Assembly (NCBI GenBank): GCA_037444165.1
Contig: JBBIMX010000007.1
Coordinates: 1 to 58,928 of the forward strand
From: Deltaproteobacteria bacterium
GTDB lineage: Bacteria; Desulfobacterota; BSN033; UBA1163
Reading direction: 5' to 3'
DNA: 58,928 bases
Numbering within the stretch: position 1 is the first letter of the stretch; every line of letters begins with the position of its first letter. Below, one piece after another: positions 46,468 to 56,496 of this stretch. The notes beneath the pieces are model-generated. The model did not search any database and was not told the DNA's origin. It worked only from the letters and a program-made list of their open reading frames with translations. The translations under genes and the position numbers were made by a program.

Positions 46468-47235
46468 ATGGATCCTCAAAAGATTCAAAAAGCAGCAAGA
46501 GATATTCTTAAATCCAAGAAAACGATTGCTTTCACAGGAGCCGGGATCTCTGTCGAAAGTGGAATCCCTGACTTTCGGAGTGCAGGGGGATTGTGGGAGA
46601 GATTCGACCCGGAAGAATATGCGCATATCGATGCCTTCTATGCTAACCCGGAGAAGGTCTGGACCATGCTCAAGGAGATGTTTTCTCTTATCCTGAAGGC
46701 CAAACCCAATCCAGCCCATATCGGTTTAGCTGACCTCGAGAAAATGGGACTCCTTTCTTCTATCATTACTCAAAATGTGGATGGCCTTCACCAAGCTGCT
46801 GGAAGTAAGAATGTCATTGAATACCATGGGAGCCATCGTACCCTTTCCTGCCTTAAATGTTCGAAATCCATTGATGGCACCCATCTCACAATAGAGGACC
46901 TCCCTGCCCGTTGTCCCTCCTGCTCATCCCTTTTGAAGCCCGATGTGGTCTTCTTTGGAGAAGCGATCCCATGGAAGGCTCAAACCCTTTCCCTCATGGA
47001 GGCCAAATCCTCCGACCTGATCTTAGTCATTGGCACCTCGGCTGTGGTCTATCCTGCGGCGTCCATCCCTTTTATGGCGAAACAAAGCGGGGCTACTGTG
47101 ATAGAAATCAATATGGAGCCAACCCCACTTACCTATCACATATCCGACTATTTGATTCAAGGCCCGGCTGGAAAAATCCTTCCGGAAATTGTCAAAGAGG
47201 TGAAACGATTGATGGGGTCTGGCCGAGGTTATTGA
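46468..47235 (+). CDS. cobB: NAD-dependent protein deacylase (sirtuin)
   Basis: TGAGISVESGIPDFR, TQNVDGLH, HG, two CxxC, GTSAVVYPAA. Confidence 0.93.
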   Translation: MDPQKIQKAARDILKSKKTIAFTGAGISVESGIPDFRSAGGLWERFDPEEYAHIDAFYANPEKVWTMLKEMFSLILKAKPNPAHIGLADLEKMGLLSSIITQNVDGLHQAAGSKNVIEYHGSHRTLSCLKCSKSIDGTHLTIEDLPARCPSCSSLLKPDVVFFGEAIPWKAQTLSLMEAKSSDLILVIGTSAVVYPAASIPFMAKQSGATVIEINMEPTPLTYHISDYLIQGPAGKILPEIVKEVKRLMGSGRGY

Positions 47236-47312
47236 AATCTAAATTTTAAAATGATATGATTTAATTAGGACTCTTACAATAATAGCCCAACTCTTGGGAG
47301 TTGGGCTTCACA

Positions 47313-48344
47313 ATGAGAGGTGAAGATCTCTATTTGAAAGAACAACAAGCCGTAGACTCGCTCCTTGGGGAAGAGGCTGTTGAAAAGGTTGTCTTTGATG
47401 ATCTTCAATTAGCCAACCTCCTTTTCGGGCCTCACAACGAAAATTTAAAGCGGATTGCCCGAACCATTGGTGTCAAGATCAATGTAAAGGGAAATGTATT
47501 GACGATTCAAGGCGAAAGCCTCGATGTGGACCTTTCAAAACGTGTCCTTCATGATCTCTATCTCCTCCTGAAAAAAGGCTACCCCCTCTATCCCAATGAT
47601 ATCGATTATGCTATCCGGATGATGTCCGATGACCAAAATGTGAATATTGAAGAGATTTTTCTCGATACCATCTATATCTCTTCCAAAAAAAGAGTGATCA
47701 CTCCAAAAAGTTTGACTCAGAAACAGTACATTGATGCGATACGAAAATACGACCTCGTCATAGGAATTGGCCCTGCCGGGACGGGAAAGACCTATCTGGC
47801 CATGGCCATGGCTGTTGCCTCTCTCATGAAACAAGAGGTGGAAAGGATTGTTCTGACTCGGCCAGCGGTTGAGGCAGGAGAAAAGTTAGGTTTTCTCCCT
47901 GGCAATATGTATGAAAAGGTCAATCCCTATCTCCGTCCTCTCTACGACGCCCTCTATGATATGATGGATTTCGAAAAGGCATCCAGATTGGTAGAAAAAG
48001 GGATCATTGAAGTGGCTCCTCTGGCCTTCATGCGAGGTCGAACCCTGAACGATTCTTTTATTATTCTGGATGAAGCCCAGAATACTGGACCAGAACAGAT
48101 GAAAATGTTTCTTACCCGATTAGGGTTTAGTTCCAAGGCGGTCATCACAGGAGACATCACTCAGGTGGATCTCCCGGAGAATAAAGTCTCAGGACTGATC
48201 GAGATTCAAGGAATTCTCAAGGGAATAGAGGGAATCGCCTTTATCTATTTTTCAGAAAAAGATGTAGTCCGACATCCTCTGGTCCAGGAGATTATTAAGG
48301 CTTATGAAAGAGCCGAGGAGAAGCGTCTCCGTTCCAAGCATTGA
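47313..48344 (+). CDS. phoH: PhoH-like ATPase (YbeZ)
   Basis: [47 protein letters not shown]. Confidence 0.94.
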   Translation: MRGEDLYLKEQQAVDSLLGEEAVEKVVFDDLQLANLLFGPHNENLKRIARTIGVKINVKGNVLTIQGESLDVDLSKRVLHDLYLLLKKGYPLYPNDIDYAIRMMSDDQNVNIEEIFLDTIYISSKKRVITPKSLTQKQYIDAIRKYDLVIGIGPAGTGKTYLAMAMAVASLMKQEVERIVLTRPAVEAGEKLGFLPGNMYEKVNPYLRPLYDALYDMMDFEKASRLVEKGIIEVAPLAFMRGRTLNDSFIILDEAQNTGPEQMKMFLTRLGFSSKAVITGDITQVDLPENKVSGLIEIQGILKGIEGIAFIYFSEKDVVRHPLVQEIIKAYERAEEKRLRSKH

Positions 48345-48363
48345 GACTCCCTTGAAAAGAGGA

Positions 48364-50763
48364 ATGATGAAACTGTTTAAAAAATGGAGTCAGCTTTTAG
48401 GATTGAGGCAAAGGAATAATGGCTCCAAACGGAGCTCTTGGGGAGAAAAGGTTAAATCTCCTTATTATCAAAAATGGCTCATTGGGATAATCACTACCCT
48501 CCTTCTTGCCCTTCTCCTCCTCCCCACCTTAAGTTTGCCCATTAAGGAGTATAGGATCGGGGATATTGCGACCAAAGAGATTAAAGCAGCCCAGGATCTT
48601 CTGGTAGAAGATGAGAACTCGACCAGGGAAAAAAGAATGGAAGCCGAGAAATCTGTTCTTTCCGTTTACGATTATGATCCGAGCCTACTCGTGGATGCAG
48701 AAAATCGAATTCGGTCAACCTTTGCCTTTCTCTCCTCTTCTTTGCAGAAAGGGAAAAACCATGAGTTAGAGGCGCAAAGAGTAAGGGAGTGGGAGGCCTC
48801 CATTCGCCTTCCCTTGAATGCCAATGAATGGCATCTCTTAGAGAAAGAAAAATTTAATCCCCTCTTGGGCGAGAGAATCCTGAAATTGATCACCCCTCTC
48901 TTCATAAAAGGGATCGTCAATGACAAAGACCTCCTCGATCCTGAAGCGACCAAGGGAGTAATCATTCGAAACGTTCAGACGCGGTTGGAAAGAAAGGACC
49001 TTCCTCCCTTTCACTTTCTCGATTATAAGGAGGCCAAATCTAAACTTCGAGGAGAAACAGAACCCCTCTCCACGGTTTATGGAAAAGAGATGGGAATCCT
49101 TCTGATCAAGATATCGGAACATTTTTTACGCCCCAACCTTACCTTTAATAAAGATGAGACTGAAACACGAAAGACGGAAGCAAGAGAGAAAGTCAATCCT
49201 GTCTATTTCCAGGTGAAACGAGGAGAGGTCATTCTGAGGGCAGGCGAAAAGGTAAAAGAAGAGCATCTTCTAAAGATCCATGCTTTAAAAAAAACTCAGG
49301 AAAGAGGCAACCTTCTCTCTATCTTGGCAGGACTCACCCTTTTGAGTTTTCTCATTTTAGTAATCCTTCACGAATTCTCTACTAAAAATATTCGAAAGAT
49401 TGCCCCCTCACGGAAAGACCTTATCTTTTTCTGTAGCACCCTTGTCGGAACCATTGGATTCCTGAAGCTCTTTCAACTGATTACAGATATCTTAGGGGGA
49501 GAACTTCTTTCTATTCCTTCTTCCTCTTATATTTACCTCTTCCCGATAGCCGCAGGGGCTATGCTCATTCGAATCGTCCTTAATTCAGAGGTGGCCATCG
49601 TCTATGCCATTCTTTCAAGTTACTTCTCGGCTGTTCTCATAGGAAACCAGCTTTTCTTCTTTATCTTTTGTTTAATAGGGAGCTTGATTGGAGCCCATCG
49701 GGTAGCCAGATGTGAACAACGATCCATTCTGATTAAAGCCGGATGGATCGTTGGTGGCGTGAACCTCCTCACCCTCTTCTCCTATCATCTGATTACTGGG
49801 ACTCCCTTTAGAATGACCCTCCTTTCAGATGGGATCATGGGATTTTTAGCCGGTCCCATCTCTTCGGTATTCCTGTTGGGGATCACTCCCATCATCGAAA
49901 GCCTATTTAATTACACGACCGACATCAAACTCCTTGAGCTGGCAAATATGGAACATTCTCTCTTGAAGGATATGGCGGTGCAAGCTCCTGGGACTTACCA
50001 CCACAGTCTCATTGTGGGAAGCCTGGCTGAAGAAGCCGCCAAATCCATTTCAGCCAATCCCTTGTTGGTCCGGGTGAGCTCCTATTATCATGATATAGGA
50101 AAACTTAAAAAACCCCTCTATTTTATAGAAAATGTCAGGGGAATGGAGGGAATGGAGAATCGCCACGATCATCTTTCTCCTTCCATGTCAAGCCTTATCC
50201 TGATCTCTCATATCAAGGATGGAGTTGAATTGGCATCGGAGCATCGACTGGGAGAGAGAATCACCCATATCATTCGACAACACCATGGAACAAGTCTGAT
50301 TACCTATTTTTATCAAAAGGCAAAAGAAAAAGAGAATCAAGAGATGGATCCCATAGAGGAGAAAGATTTCCGGTACCCGGGGCCAAAACCCCAAACGAAG
50401 GAGGCTGGAATCGTGATGCTCGCCGATGCCGTCGAAGCGGCCACTCGAACCCTTACGGATCCTACCGCCTCTCGGCTTCGAGGACTGGTTCAACAGATTA
50501 TTCGTAACTTCTTCCTTGATGGGCAGCTCGAAGAGTGTGAATTGACTTTAAAGGACCTTCAAAAGATTGAAGAGAGCTTTAGTCGGACCCTCACAGCCAT
50601 CTTCCACCAGAGGATTGACTATCCATCTCTTTCCTTTTCAGAGCTTCAGAAAAAGAAAAATGATGAAAATCTGGATCAAAAATCAACAAAAACTTATCCC
50701 CTTAGACTCAAGAAAGATAAAAAGAACGGTCCAAAAGATATTGACCAACTTAGGACTTCCTGA
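48364..50763 (+). CDS. 7TM-HD membrane phosphohydrolase (PgpH-like c-di-AMP phosphodiesterase family)
   Basis: N-terminal TM, large extracytoplasmic domain, 7TM, APGTYHHS, YYHDIGK, HHGT, LADAVEAA; lies between phoH and ybeY. Confidence 0.88.
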   Translation: MMKLFKKWSQLLGLRQRNNGSKRSSWGEKVKSPYYQKWLIGIITTLLLALLLLPTLSLPIKEYRIGDIATKEIKAAQDLLVEDENSTREKRMEAEKSVLSVYDYDPSLLVDAENRIRSTFAFLSSSLQKGKNHELEAQRVREWEASIRLPLNANEWHLLEKEKFNPLLGERILKLITPLFIKGIVNDKDLLDPEATKGVIIRNVQTRLERKDLPPFHFLDYKEAKSKLRGETEPLSTVYGKEMGILLIKISEHFLRPNLTFNKDETETRKTEAREKVNPVYFQVKRGEVILRAGEKVKEEHLLKIHALKKTQERGNLLSILAGLTLLSFLILVILHEFSTKNIRKIAPSRKDLIFFCSTLVGTIGFLKLFQLITDILGGELLSIPSSSYIYLFPIAAGAMLIRIVLNSEVAIVYAILSSYFSAVLIGNQLFFFIFCLIGSLIGAHRVARCEQRSILIKAGWIVGGVNLLTLFSYHLITGTPFRMTLLSDGIMGFLAGPISSVFLLGITPIIESLFNYTTDIKLLELANMEHSLLKDMAVQAPGTYHHSLIVGSLAEEAAKSISANPLLVRVSSYYHDIGKLKKPLYFIENVRGMEGMENRHDHLSPSMSSLILISHIKDGVELASEHRLGERITHIIRQHHGTSLITYFYQKAKEKENQEMDPIEEKDFRYPGPKPQTKEAGIVMLADAVEAATRTLTDPTASRLRGLVQQIIRNFFLDGQLEECELTLKDLQKIEESFSRTLTAIFHQRIDYPSLSFSELQKKKNDENLDQKSTKTYPLRLKKDKKNGPKDIDQLRTS

Positions 50764-51148
50764 AGCTGAACTCAGTATCCTGTTTGTAAACGATCAGCAG
50801 ATTCGAGGGATGAATCTCAAGTATTTGGGTCTGGATAAGCCCACCAATGTCCTCTCCTTCTCTATGAGAGAGGGGGTCAACTCTTGCCTTAATCCCCATC
50901 TTCTTGGGGACTTGGTGATCTCCATTGAGACAGCCAAACGACAATCAAAGGCATGGGGGCTCAGCCCGATGAAGATGATTACCCTTTTGATGATCCATGG
51001 AATCCTTCATTTGATCGGATATGAGCACGAGGGAGACAGAAAAGAAGCGAGGAAAATGGCCCTCAAACAGAAACTCCTCTTTCACCAAGTGACCCAACCT
51101 GCTCTTTCCAAATCTCAATCAAAAACTAGGAAGAAGAACCTCAGTTAA
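50660..51148 (+). CDS. ybeY: rRNA maturation RNase YbeY
   Basis: TNVLSF, LGDLVIS, HGILHLIGYEH. Confidence 0.93.
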   Translation: MMKIWIKNQQKLIPLDSRKIKRTVQKILTNLGLPEAELSILFVNDQQIRGMNLKYLGLDKPTNVLSFSMREGVNSCLNPHLLGDLVISIETAKRQSKAWGLSPMKMITLLMIHGILHLIGYEHEGDRKEARKMALKQKLLFHQVTQPALSKSQSKTRKKNLS

Positions 51149-51752
51149 AGATCCAGAGCCTTCGGAGGCGATTAAAACGTTTAAGGAATAACGTTTCTTC
51201 AGGGGTCATGGAGGAAGGAGAAACCCTCTCTTTTAATTTTAAGAATCCCCCATAATCGACCCATCGGAAGATGGGGAAAAAATAGCGATAAAGCAACCCT
51301 CCCTCCCTAAAAGAGAGGCTGCTATTAAAATCGATTAGAAAGGGCTCTCCTTTATCACTAACGAGGATATTCCCCTTATGCCTCAAATCTAAGTGGACCA
51401 CTCCTCTACGATGAATCTCTTCAAGAATCCCTCTTAGATTGGAGAAAAAAGAGGGAGGAAGGTTTTCATTCCTTCCAATGGGTTTACCTGGTATTAATTC
51501 CACGGCGAAGGCAAAACGGTCAATCCTTCTCAAAGGTCTTGGGACTCCCTTTATCCCGTCCAACTTTGCATAAATCTTCCATTCCCTTTGGATCAACCAC
51601 CAACTCAAAGTCCACCGGAATAAAAAATTTCTTTTTCGGACATCTTTAATGATGTAAGATTGTCCTTCGGTTTCCACTTTATTCAAATCAGGTTTCCCAA
51701 ATCTTCCCTTGACCAGACAAACAGAATTTTTCTCGATCTCTTTCCGGGTCAT
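51141..51752 (-). CDS. small kinase-fold protein (RIO/Kdo-WaaP-like)
   Basis: IIKD, RE..IY, GVP, HLDLRHKGNILV catalytic loop, LIDF. Confidence 0.7.
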   Translation of the reverse strand: MTRKEIEKNSVCLVKGRFGKPDLNKVETEGQSYIIKDVRKRNFLFRWTLSWWLIQREWKIYAKLDGIKGVPRPLRRIDRFAFAVELIPGKPIGRNENLPPSFFSNLRGILEEIHRRGVVHLDLRHKGNILVSDKGEPFLIDFNSSLSFREGGLLYRYFFPIFRWVDYGGFLKLKERVSPSSMTPEETLFLKRFNRLRRLWIFN

Positions 51753-51765
51753 TTTCTCATAGAAT

Positions 51766-52302
51766 CTAAAATACTTTGCCCCAGTAGGGTCTACTTAAAA
51801 TCAATAAAATCCCAAAAATAATTATCAAAAGAATTCCCTCTTCACTGTTCTCTATGAAATTCCTTAAGCGCCAATGGACTTTCTCCTTGGAATAAGGAAC
51901 GATTCTGGGGATATAATCCGGAACCTTTTGATCATAATCCTCAAATTGTTCACCGAAAAGCTTCCTCAGTCGTTCTCCCTCAACCCTCTTCTTATAAGGA
52001 ATATAATGAAAACAGAACATGAGGGTAGATGCAGCCAAGAGATAAATATTATCAGCAAGGATACAGAAGCCCGTTGTGATAAGAATCGTTCCTATATAGA
52101 GCGGGTTCTTCACATAACTATACGGTCCACTGACTGTAAGGACTTCATTCTTCTGAAGATGGCCTGCTGCCCAGATGCGAATCACCTCTCCCCCTAAGAT
52201 CAGAATAAGTCCGATGACGATTCCAGGTAGCTTAGGTTTGGCAAAAAGGATTAATAAGATTGCTCCGATAAAAAGTGGAACTCTTCGAAGTTTATGTCTC
52301 AT
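51766..52302 (-). CDS. isoprenylcysteine carboxyl/phospholipid methyltransferase family (ICMT/PEMT) membrane protein
   Basis: IRIWAAG, LTVSGPYSYVKNPLYIG, E..L..LFG..F.DY...VP. Confidence 0.82.
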   Translation of the reverse strand: MRHKLRRVPLFIGAILLILFAKPKLPGIVIGLILILGGEVIRIWAAGHLQKNEVLTVSGPYSYVKNPLYIGTILITTGFCILADNIYLLAASTLMFCFHYIPYKKRVEGERLRKLFGEQFEDYDQKVPDYIPRIVPYSKEKVHWRLRNFIENSEEGILLIIIFGILLILSRPYWGKVF

Positions 52303-52661
52303 TGAAAATTTTTCCTTTCTGAAAATTTGGTTAGCAAGGATTCCTTCTTTTTATAGATGAAGTAGAGATTTCTTAAATAGATGAAATTTCCTGGAAGATA
52401 GGCCAAAATAAAGACAGGGTCCATTCTATGAATTGCGTAAACAAGAACAATTAACCCTCCAGCCAGGCTAAAATACCAGAATGAAACTGGAATAATGCTT
52501 TCCTTTCTCTTCTCGGAAGTGATCCATTGGACAATGAATCGTAGAGTAAACATGGCCTGCCCAATAAACCCCAAAATGAGCCAGAAGTCTAATTGAAAGG
52601 TTGGGTACTTCAAAGAAAGATCTTTTAAAAAATTTAAAGCGAAACCGAATATAGAGTCCAT
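52299..52661 (-). CDS. lipid A biosynthesis N-terminal (LAB_N) domain membrane protein
   Basis: GFIGQAMFTLRFIVQW..SE...SIIP..FWYFS..GG, DPVFI, IYLRNL; start approximate. Confidence 0.85.
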   Translation of the reverse strand: MDSIFGFALNFLKDLSLKYPTFQLDFWLILGFIGQAMFTLRFIVQWITSEKRKESIIPVSFWYFSLAGGLIVLVYAIHRMDPVFILAYLPGNFIYLRNLYFIYKKKESLLTKFSERKNFQ

Positions 52662-52662
52662 T

Positions 52663-53388
52663 TTATACCCTTTCCTCAATTTCGTATTGAATGTTTCTAT
52701 TCTTTATCCATCTTACTCCTAAAAGATCAATAAATGCCCGCCAAGCCCGATTTCGAATATTATATTTTGAATGACCAAATCTTCTTGGATGATGGGAAAC
52801 AGGAACTTCGATAACTCGATAACCCCTCATTTTCACCAGGGTAGAAAGGAATCGATGCATTCCATTAAAAATTGGAATTTCATTTATACACTCTCGTTTA
52901 AAGGCACGAAGCGTACAAGCACTATCCTTAATCTCTTCTCCACTTAACCGATTCCTGATGGAATTGGCAATCTTAGAAGAAATTTTTTTCAGCCAGGAGT
53001 CTTGCCTTTTTATTCTCCACCCTGTGGCCATGTCGTATTGACCTAAATATCCCAATAATTTCGGAATATCAATAGGATCATTTTGAAGGTCTGAATCTAA
53101 GGTTACAATGATCTTCCCTCGGGTTTCTTTAAATCCTGCATAGAGTGCAGTACTAAGCCCCCGATTTTCCTTTAATCCAATCATTCTTATTTGTGGATAT
53201 TTAGAAGCAAATTCCTTAAGAATTCTTCGACTTCCATCTGTACTTCCATCATCCACAAAAATAACTTCGTGCGGAGATCCAAATTGATTGAGAACCTCTA
53301 AGAGTTTTGGGATGAGGATAAGAAGATTCTCTTCTTCGTTAAAAACCGGTATTACGATCGATACTTCAATGGCCTCGTTCATATTCAT
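52663..53388 (-). CDS. GT2 polyprenyl-phosphate glycosyltransferase (Dpm1/ArnC/RgtE-like)
   Basis: IPVFNEEEN, VDDGSTD, DSDLQNDP, MHRF, HHPR..G.SKY. Confidence 0.9.
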   Translation of the reverse strand: MNMNEAIEVSIVIPVFNEEENLLILIPKLLEVLNQFGSPHEVIFVDDGSTDGSRRILKEFASKYPQIRMIGLKENRGLSTALYAGFKETRGKIIVTLDSDLQNDPIDIPKLLGYLGQYDMATGWRIKRQDSWLKKISSKIANSIRNRLSGEEIKDSACTLRAFKRECINEIPIFNGMHRFLSTLVKMRGYRVIEVPVSHHPRRFGHSKYNIRNRAWRAFIDLLGVRWIKNRNIQYEIEERV

Positions 53389-53392
53389 GGAA

Positions 53393-55027
53393 CTAATGGT
53401 TTGAAATCAAAACAATATCATCTCCCCCCACACTTCTCCTTGAGATTAATTGGACGCTCGGCCTTTCCTCGGTCCTTTGGAGGGCCAAAAAATCTCTGTA
53501 TTTAAGGAGGCAGAAAACTCTTTCTTGAGAATTTAAAAATCGAAGGAGATCCTCTTTACTCTCTAATTCCAAAATGGGTACAATGCCAGTATAAAAATTG
53601 TAAGGACCTGTGCCAAAACCTCCATATAGGGCTACCTTTTCACCAGGATGAATTCTTGAGGTAATCTCCCGGGAGATGAAACGAGCAGATTTATAAGGAT
53701 TAACCAATGGGAAAACAACCCTTTCTATATAAAAAAATCCCAAAGCCACTGTTCCTACAATAAGAAAGAAGAGACCCGCTCGAGACTTAATTCGGTTAAG
53801 AAAGAAAAGAATAAGACCTCCCCCAATAAGAAGGAGAGCTATAGGGAGACTATAAGGGAGATAGGAAGGAAACTTCATAGAAACGGCCCAAGGAATGACG
53901 GCACCTAAAATCAAAGTAAAGCCCATCCATCCATAGAGAGGGAATGTAACCCATTCAGCTCTAACCGATTTAAAAGAGGAAGAGATATAGTCATCCCAAA
54001 GTTTCCCCACTAAAATGGAAGCGGCTGGAAAAAGTGGAAGAAGGTAGAGTCCCCTCTTCCCCTTAGAAATAGAGAAAAACAAAAAAACTACTAAAAACCA
54101 TATCCATAAGAAGAAAAATTCTCTTCTATAATGCTTCATCTCCTTAGAATAAAGATAAATAATCGCTCCAGGAAGAAAAATAATCCAAGGTAAAAAATTC
54201 ATTGGAAAATTATAGAGATAGTAATAAAAAGGATGGACGTGACTCCACCCTTTAGCAAAGCGATCTACTGTATGGATAACAAGGGTCTCTCTTAAAAAAT
54301 ACTCACCTCCCTTAAGAAGAGCAGGAATATACCATGAAAAGATCATTCCGATACATAGAGCCAGTCCAGAGAGAAGTCTCATATTTTTGATTCCATTCCA
54401 ATCTTTAAGGATAACGAGATAAATTAAAGAAATTAATAGTGGTAGAATAAACCCTATAGGCCCTTTGACTAATGTGGCTAAGGCCATTCCAATATAAAAT
54501 CCATAAATAGAAAACCGATCCGTCGATGGCAGCTTTTGATACCATCGGAAAAAACAGAACAATGAGGTTGTAATAAAAAAGGTTAAAGTAGTATCCATGT
54601 TTGCACGGGTTGATAGATAGGTAAATTGAAAACTGGTGGCTAATATGAATCCGGATAAGAATCCTGTTCGGGAGGAAAAAAGGTTTTTACTCATTAAGAA
54701 GATCATCAAAACTGTTAGTGTTCCAAATAGGGCCGAAGGAAATCTTACTGAGAAAGAAGTAAATCCATTCCAGAGAAAAGAGGATAGACCAATAATCCAG
54801 AAAAAGAGGGGGGGTTTATCTGCATATACCTTGCCGTTAAAATGCATTAAAATCCAATCTCCCACCTGTATCATTTCTCTTGCTACCTGAGCATATCGGG
54901 GCTCATCCGGGTTCCAGAGATCCCATCGATTTAGATTTAAAAAATAGAAGAATAGGCAGAAGCCTAAAAGGAAAAAAAATTGGCTCCACTTCTGTAGATA
55001 AATTTTATAAATTTTATTGATATCCAA
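53393..55027 (-). CDS. ArnT-like (GT-C) lipid-carrier-dependent glycosyltransferase
   Basis: PDEPRYAQVAREM, DKPPLFFW, KGPIG, HP..YY, K..LYLLP; many TM segments. Confidence 0.9.
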   Translation of the reverse strand: MDINKIYKIYLQKWSQFFFLLGFCLFFYFLNLNRWDLWNPDEPRYAQVAREMIQVGDWILMHFNGKVYADKPPLFFWIIGLSSFLWNGFTSFSVRFPSALFGTLTVLMIFLMSKNLFSSRTGFLSGFILATSFQFTYLSTRANMDTTLTFFITTSLFCFFRWYQKLPSTDRFSIYGFYIGMALATLVKGPIGFILPLLISLIYLVILKDWNGIKNMRLLSGLALCIGMIFSWYIPALLKGGEYFLRETLVIHTVDRFAKGWSHVHPFYYYLYNFPMNFLPWIIFLPGAIIYLYSKEMKHYRREFFFLWIWFLVVFLFFSISKGKRGLYLLPLFPAASILVGKLWDDYISSSFKSVRAEWVTFPLYGWMGFTLILGAVIPWAVSMKFPSYLPYSLPIALLLIGGGLILFFLNRIKSRAGLFFLIVGTVALGFFYIERVVFPLVNPYKSARFISREITSRIHPGEKVALYGGFGTGPYNFYTGIVPILELESKEDLLRFLNSQERVFCLLKYRDFLALQRTEERPSVQLISRRSVGGDDIVLISNH

Positions 55028-55029
55028 TC

Positions 55030-56442
55030 TTAATCCATCCTTTCGAGATTCATTGAAATCAAAACGAGTTTACTATTTTTATATTCCTTGTACTTAAATT
55101 TTTTAACCAAAGATAACGCGGCCTCCCTTCTTCGAATTTCTTCGTAAACTGGCTCTGGCATCAAAATCAGTATCTTTTGTTTTTTATCAATTTGATTTGA
55201 AACAGTTCGCATCTCTCTGAGGTTCGGTATAATACGATCTAGATAAAAGTTTATCTCCTCTAATGTAGACTTATCTAATCGATAGCCAAACAGAGGGGAC
55301 TCTTTAATCAACGGCCTTAATTCTTCTGCAAGTACCATTCCAGGTGAATAGGTTAAGTCTTTTTTAATCCAATAGATTTCCCGAACATGCCATAGGGAAG
55401 TAAAAAATAATATAGCTATCAGAAAAAATAAAAATTTTCTTTTCCATATCCCTCCTATTATTAAGGCCAATGGTGGTAGAACGGGAAGGAGATATCTGGA
55501 AGTCCTATATTTAAAGAGACTTAAACCGACAAATAGAAATAGAAACCAAATGAGAAAAAGGGAATTCCTGGAATTCAATAACCAATCCTTTTCTTTATAT
55601 AGGGATAAAAATAAAAAAGGAAGAAGAAGGGACCACGGGAAGAATTGCCCCCAAATCTCAATAAAATAAAAATAAAAAGGGGCCCTCCGTGTTAGAATTT
55701 GATTTTCTTTTAATAACCTCAACCACTCGTCAAAACCAACTCGTGAGATGAATTGAATAAACCAAGGGAAAACGGTCAGAATAAGGATAAGATAACCAAG
55801 GAGAAATTTTTTACTCCTCCAAATTTGAAACTGCCTTTCCTTGATAAGAAAAACGGCTACGATCCCAAGAGGGATTAAACCAAAGGGTCCCTTCGTTAAT
55901 ACACCCAGTCCCGTGGAAAAGAAAGAAAGGCTATAAAAGAGGTAAGATCTCTTTGTCGATTCCTCATACCCTTTATGAAAAAAATACAAAGAGAGAATGA
56001 TAAAAAGGCAAAGTAGGATATCGGTTTTGGCTAATCTGGATTGATAAAAATATTGATAACTTGAAAGAAGGACCCCCCCTGCTATGATTCCACACTGTGC
56101 TGTTCCGTAAACCTTCTTTCCCCAAAGGAAAAGAATAAGGACTCCCATCCAACCCGAAAGGGCTGCGGGTAATTTTGCAAGGAAAGGCGTAACTGTTCCA
56201 TAAAGTGAAGAGGGGATGGCTATAAGCCAGAAAAGAAGGGGGGGCTTGTCAATAAAGATTTCCCCATTCAAATGGGGAACTACCCACTCTCCTGATCGAA
56301 TCATCTCCCTGGCTACTTCTGCATAGCGAAGATAGCCGTGATTTTCAAGGCTTCTGGCTCCCAAATTTAAAAAAAATACAATCCCACAACACAGGATGAA
56401 TAAAAGAATGACCCATTTTTCTCTTTCCTTTCCGTCTTTCAC
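55030..56442 (-). CDS. ArnT-like (GT-C) glycosyltransferase, divergent
   Basis: RYAEVAREM, DKPPLLFW, TKGPFG, RYLLP; many TM segments; no DE before RY. Confidence 0.85.
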   Translation of the reverse strand: MKDGKEREKWVILLFILCCGIVFFLNLGARSLENHGYLRYAEVAREMIRSGEWVVPHLNGEIFIDKPPLLFWLIAIPSSLYGTVTPFLAKLPAALSGWMGVLILFLWGKKVYGTAQCGIIAGGVLLSSYQYFYQSRLAKTDILLCLFIILSLYFFHKGYEESTKRSYLFYSLSFFSTGLGVLTKGPFGLIPLGIVAVFLIKERQFQIWRSKKFLLGYLILILTVFPWFIQFISRVGFDEWLRLLKENQILTRRAPFYFYFIEIWGQFFPWSLLLPFLFLSLYKEKDWLLNSRNSLFLIWFLFLFVGLSLFKYRTSRYLLPVLPPLALIIGGIWKRKFLFFLIAILFFTSLWHVREIYWIKKDLTYSPGMVLAEELRPLIKESPLFGYRLDKSTLEEINFYLDRIIPNLREMRTVSNQIDKKQKILILMPEPVYEEIRRREAALSLVKKFKYKEYKNSKLVLISMNLERMD

Positions 56443-56496
56443 ATCTAATCCTTTTAAATGGAAGTAACCCAGGACGGAAGTCTGATCGGATCTCCT

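Noticed and set aside
46468-47235. Sirtuin as an anti-phage SIR2 (Thoeris/DSR-type) effector
   Set aside because: It has the classic CobB Zn-finger architecture and housekeeping neighbours, with no defence partner genes.
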